A stretch of 64,000 nt of DNA, from contig NC_091470.1 in the NCBI RefSeq assembly GCF_036971445.1, positions 203,856,001-203,920,000 on the forward strand, in the 5' to 3' direction. Shown here piece after piece: positions 58,661-64,000 of this stretch. Each line of letters opens with the position of its first letter. Position 1 is the stretch's first letter. Under the pieces are notes generated by a model, which saw only the letters and a list, made by a program, of their open reading frames with translations, had not been told where the DNA came from and ran no database searches. The position numbers and the translations under genes were made by a program. Source of the DNA: Narcine bancroftii (taxonomy: Eukaryota).

Positions 58661-59205
58661 TTCAGATTTACTGTCAGAATACATATGTGACATCACAAAC
58701 AACACTGAGATTCTATTTCCTGCGAGCCTGGCAGAATCACCACTTAATGGTAGAGCAAAAATTAACTGTACTCAATGTACATGTGTAAATAAATAAATAA
58801 ATGTAAACAATCTGACTGTGCAATAGATATATATTTTTAAAAATCAATAAAGTGCCCAAATAATTGTCCCTGATTGAGTTGAGGAGCCTGATGGTGGAGG
58901 GGGAGCAGCTGTTCCTGAACCTGGTGGTGCAAGTCTTGTGGCCCCTAGACCTCTTTCCTGATGGCAGCAGTGAGAACAAAGCATGTGCTGGGTGGTGTGG
59001 GATCCTTGGTGATCACTGCTGCTCTCCGACAGCAGCGTACCCCATAGATGTTCTCGATGGTGGGGAGAGGTTTGCCTGTGATGTTCCTGGGCTGGGTCCA
59101 CTACCTTTTGCAGTGCATTGTGCTCAGTGGGGTATTGGTGGCCCCCACACCAGCCAGTCAGCACACCTTCCCCCGTACCTCTGTAGAAATTTGCCAGCAT
59201 TTCCA
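58660..59205 (-). mobile_element. Rex1/Babar-like LINE 3' fragment
   Basis: FSLLPSGKRSR, RFRNSCSPSTIRLLN. Confidence 0.78.
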
Positions 59206-59680
59206 ATGTGACTATCCTTTATGTGAAAAATGTAAAATAGGTGATGCTTCTTTAGTTCGTATGTTCTGGATCTGCCCTGGCTTAGAAGAATTTTGGAAAG
59301 ACGTTTTTGAAGCATTATTAGTAATTCTTAAGTTAAAATTGGAACCTCACCCTTTAATTGCTTGTTTTTGAGATCACCTCAAGATTGATTTCAACTCAAC
59401 ATTAAATTTCATCTTTTACTCTATTGACGGCCAGACATGCAATTTGGATTAAATGGAAAGATGATACCCCACATACTCGTACACCATGGCTAAGGGGCAT
59501 TACCTCTTGTTTAACTCTGGGGGTGGGGGGGGTTGGAAATTAGATATGCTCTCAAGAATTCAAATATTGTTTCAAAAGAATCAGGGCTCATTTATGGACT
59601 ATTATAATTTTTTTTGAATATTTTATTTTAGTTTTTATTGACGACACTTTCCTTATTCTAATATATCCTAATTTCAAAGT
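59205..59680 (+). mobile_element. Old L1/Tx1 ORF2 C-terminal fragment
   Basis: CEKCK.....MFWICPGLEEFWK Cys-rich domain remnant. Confidence 0.65.
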
Positions 59681-60398
59681 ATCATCTTCCAAAGCGTGAG
59701 CTGCAATATCTCAAATTTCGATCTCTTTCATCCAACAAATCAAACTCTGGGGCTGTTACTTTATGTAGTTTTAATTTGTTGATAAATGTCTTGCATAGCT
59801 TCGCCAGAAGACTTTCATAATGGTGAATAACACAGCCTTTACCGTGTAAAGATAGAAAGATACGTAGAGATACAAAAATATGTAGAGATACAAAAAGCTT
59901 AGAGATACATAAGTTGAAAGAAAAAATTCTCGTGCTCACGCTTCCTTCACATCTTGTAGAATGAGAGCAAGCCGTTAGCCTGGACAGATATTACGGCATA
60001 TTACATCATAGTCATTATGGTAACACTACAAACAACAGTTCTCTTAAAGAGACAAGCACAAAATTAACTAAGAATCAAAAACCTTTACAGTTTTCACAAT
60101 TACAAAATCCAATAAACAAAGCCATTCGTGTACATATGCACACCCAAAGTCTGTATTTGGCCTCCCACATTCCGAAAACTTATCTCGATCCCACTCATCA
60201 TGGGGCACACGGCCCTGATCGAGACCTATAATGTAAAATCACCATGGCGATGTCATTCAAAGAAAACACTAAAAAGAAAAGAAATTCAAAAGAAGAAAAA
60301 GGACCTGAAAAGAAAAGAGCAGATGTGTCGTCTGCACCAAGTCCTATTTCTGTGATCACACCTCTGGCCGTACTGAGAAAATTTAATCTTATCTTTAT

Positions 60399-61385
60399 CA
60401 TGACGGATTATGTTATATTTTATATTGTATATAGATATGGTTTAAAAGGAGATAAATTGTAGAGTTTTTTTTTAAATAGTGTAGGTCACAAAAAATACAA
60501 ATTTCAAAACCGATCTCGTTTAAAATGCCCGAGCTCTGCTCAAGCCAGACAGTCTGGGCTCCGAGTGCCTTTGCAAAAACTTTGAAGAATGCCTATAGAG
60601 ACTTCACAAGTAGGTGTTAATTGGACATGCTGTGGAGTAATGGATTATCGTTTTGGAAAGCAACAGATCAACAGTCTTGGAAGATTAGGTCTGGGACTGC
60701 AGTCTGTCTGAGTGCAGTTTGCTGTTCCAAGAGGGTCATGTGGTTTTCTCAGAGGGGGTGGTGAAAATTCACTTCTACGGTTCAGCAGCAGCTGCAGCTG
60801 GGACAAGCTGGCAAGCTTGTGTAAAAGCCCCATTTGGAAGACTGGTTGTGAGTGCTTAGTTCAGTCTGGTCAAAGCCCTTGTGGTCCATACAAGAGGAGA
60901 TGGCTGGCTGTATAATGTTTCACTTGAAATAAGAGAAACCAAAAGGAACTCTGTGGTGGCCTGAAAGAAAGAGGTTATCATTTTGAGAACCCTGATGGGG
61001 CAAGTTGCTTCGGTAAGACACTGACGTGGCTGATTAGAAGGAATCAGTTTGTGTCCAATGAGCAACAAATCTCTGAAAACCAACAAGAACCTTCCTGAGT
61101 GGTAACCATTTACCTTTCAAGCACCAAAGCCTGGTGAACTTTATAAATGTTAAATTCTGTGCACAGTAGAAGAATTGCCTGCAACCAGTGAACTTGGAGG
61201 AGTGAGATTGGACTGTGAACCAAAGAACTTTTCTGAACGTTCACACACATGCGCTTAGAATTAGATGGGGGTTAAGTTAATAGTATTAAGTTAAGAGTTT
61301 GATCCTGTTTTCATGTTTAAAGATAATTAAAGTAACCATTTGTCTTAGTGACTGCTGGGTTTTGGGGTTCTCTGGGCCCGTCACA
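60399..61385 (+). mobile_element. Solo LTR, related family
   Basis: Ends in GTCACA, degenerate TSD TTAT/GTAT; extensive similarity to 35564-36601. Confidence 0.8.
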
Positions 61386-63316
61386 GTATTTAAAAGGTAG
61401 GGGGAGGGGAATCCATCTGTCGGAGAACCAGTACACTGCAAGTAAAGTTGCCGCACTCTGCCGAATGGGGCATGTTTCCTCCGAATGTGAGCTTCTCCAA
61501 GGGAATGCAGCTCTGCATTTCCATGCGATATTCAGCTGGCAGTTGGACTTCCACAAAACCGCTGTACACCTGATTCGTACATGAAAACTCAACCTTTCTT
61601 CGAGGATGGAATTTTAGTTTTCTCTTTCCTTTTTACTGAGGTGTTAAATTTTACTTCTCTGATGATTGTGTACTGAATTTCTTTATCATGAGAATTATTT
61701 GTAAATAATTTTTAAAAAAGATCTTGTCGCACATTGTACTGTTTAATTGGTTATACTGTAAAATATTTTTAAATTGTTTTTTTATAAGATAATATAGCCT
61801 GCCTATTTATTTTTTCGACTAACGTGCATGGCCGTACACTTTCCGACATTGTATTTCATTTGCAGGCACATCGTCACAGTAGACGTCAGTCCCACTGGCC
61901 GAAGGTCGTTGTGGCTGGTCACCATGCTCTTCTCCGGCACTGGGTGCCCTTTTTGAAGCAGCTGGGGATCTCTGACCAGCGTGGCAAGTGAATGAAGACG
62001 TCCATGATAACTACAAGTCCAAAGAACGCGGCCAGGTAAGAGGTCCAGGCCGGACGCTTTCCCAGAGATTCACCCCTCATGGACTGGGAGCGGTGGGGGT
62101 GGGGGGCAGAGTCGCCGTGGACTGCTGTTTATGAAAGTAGGGTTGCTGCCGCTGGTGCGGGGAGCAGTGACACCACACTCCCACAGGGTCAAACTGCCGA
62201 GTCTGACTGCCGTCCACTGTGCAGGCTTTAAATGGCCTCTTAATGGAACTGACCGTGATTTTATTTAGAAATCCCGTGACTGCGGCGCCTAAGCCTCAAG
62301 TTGCCAGTGCCTGTGATCAGCAGCAGCCACGAGGGGTTGCAGACTCCAGGGAATCAGGTCAGAGCACCAGAAAATGGGGAGACGACCAACCCCCCCACCC
62401 CCCACGTTTAAGAAGAAGCAGAGGAGAAGACCCACGGGGATGGTGACCACAGTGGCGGGACCAGTGATGGGCTCTGCAGCCGAAGGAGCCTCACAGGGGC
62501 CTGAATAAAGTAGTGGGAGGAGGAGCAGGGTCCCACAGGCAGGAGGTAGTTGGTGGATGAGGGAGGGAGGGCACAACAGCAAATGAGGAAAGAGGCTCTG
62601 TGAATGGGGAGGGAAGGGGGTGGAGAGCCAAAGGGGACAGAGGGTTGGGGAAAGGGAGGGAGAGGGCCAGCAGATGCCGGCTAAGCCGGTTAATTCCATC
62701 CATTTGGGAGAGAATAATCGGTGTTCGGGCACCTGCCAACATTTTGCTCATATCTTGATGGAAAATGAGGTGCGTTCTCTAGAATTTACAAGTGGCCCTG
62801 GTTTGGCAGCGCACAAGGCGGTGGACATACACGTCAGCGCGGGAGTGGGGCACAGAATCGATCATTGGGTGATTCCTGTTGTTCATCACTTGGGCCAGGC
62901 CCTCTTCACTCTGCTGCTATCGGGAAGGAGGTACGCCCAAGGACGGCTCCTTCCCCTCCGCCATCAGATTCCTGAATGGACAATGACCAGAAACACTGCC
63001 TCACTCTCTCTTTCTGCACTAACTCATTTATTTTTAAGATTTATTTTATAGCAACATTTACACCTGTGTCGCTGCCACAAAACAACAATTTTCATGACAC
63101 AGTTCACTGCAATAAATTCTGATCCTGATGTAACAAATCAAGATGGTTACAATTTCGGCAAGAGGTTACTGTATTCACTTGGAACGAGCTTCACGCTTCG
63201 TGTTCTTGACCCTGTTCTTATAAATGATTAAATGGGATCATAGAAAGTTACAGCAGAGAAAACAGGCCTTTCAGCCCTTCTAGTCTGTGCTGGACTATTA
63301 TCCTGCCTCGTCCCAC

Positions 63317-63900
63317 TGTGACAGATTATGTTGTATTTTAGATTGTAAATAGATATTTTTTAAAGGAAATAAATTGGGTTAGTGTAGGTCTCATACAAAC
63401 ACTTCAGAACAGATCTCATTTAAAATATTGGAGCTCTGCTCAAGCCAGACATACTGGCTCCAAGAGCCTTTGAAAAAAACTTTGGGGACTTCACTAATGG
63501 ATTGTTGCTTTGAAAAGCAACAGATGAAAGAACTCGGGAGATTAGTTTTGGAGCCACAATCTGTCTGAGTGCAGATTACTGTACTAAGTGGGTCATGTGG
63601 TTTTGCAAGCAGAGAGAGTCAAACAGCCAGAGAGAGAGAGAGAGAGAGATAGTTCAGCAGCAGATGGGACTGGAACAGGACAAGCTTGCAAGCTTGTGGA
63701 AAATCCCCATTTGGAAGATGGGTTGTGAATTCTTAGTTCAGCCTGGTCAAAGCCCTTGTGGTTCATGCAAGAGAAGAGGACTGGCTGCCTAATGTTTCAC
63801 TTGAAATAAGGAAAATAAAAAGGAACTCTGGTGACCGAAAAGAGGTTATCATCTGGAAAACCCTGATGGTGCAAGTTTCTTTGGCAAGACACTGACGTGG
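63317..63900 (+). mobile_element. Partial LTR, related family
   Basis: Starts TGTGACAGATTATG, colinear with the 60399 copy, broken by a Rex LINE tail at ~63900. Confidence 0.78.
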
Positions 63901-64000
63901 CAGTGAGAGTGCTAAACGACCAAAGGAACTGCTTACACTGACCATCCGAGACGTTCATATTCACAAAACAATATTTATTTATTATTTATTTGTGTAGATG

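Overview
Repeat-dense vertebrate genomic DNA, most likely from a cartilaginous fish (inferred from the CR1, Rex/Babar, Penelope and tRNA-SINE landscape; the species cannot be fixed from sequence alone). Three host genes are supported: the first three coding exons of a Kv-beta subunit gene (KCNAB3-like, minus strand, 6885 to 499, continuing off the left edge); a single-coding-exon RING-HC protein with a C-terminal membrane anchor (21670-22182, +); and a complete RANGRF/MOG1 gene (five coding exons 38358-55813, +, 201 aa) with a BANP/YY1-type promoter at about 37870-37976. The rest is mobile DNA: a degraded class I ERV with both LTR ends, PBS-Pro and TSD (26615-33231), a full-length L1 (41370-47452), an ORF1-only, 5'-inverted copy of the same L1 family (1995-3959), a young RTE fragment, solo LTRs, composite hAT MITEs, many LINE/SINE fragments and minisatellites. 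There are two N gaps (12811-12975, 19112-19257). The most unusual observation is a ~640 bp CR1-derived element present twice with the same non-CR1 ends, which may be an undescribed non-autonomous mobile element. All calls are by-eye; boundaries of fragmentary repeats are approximate.
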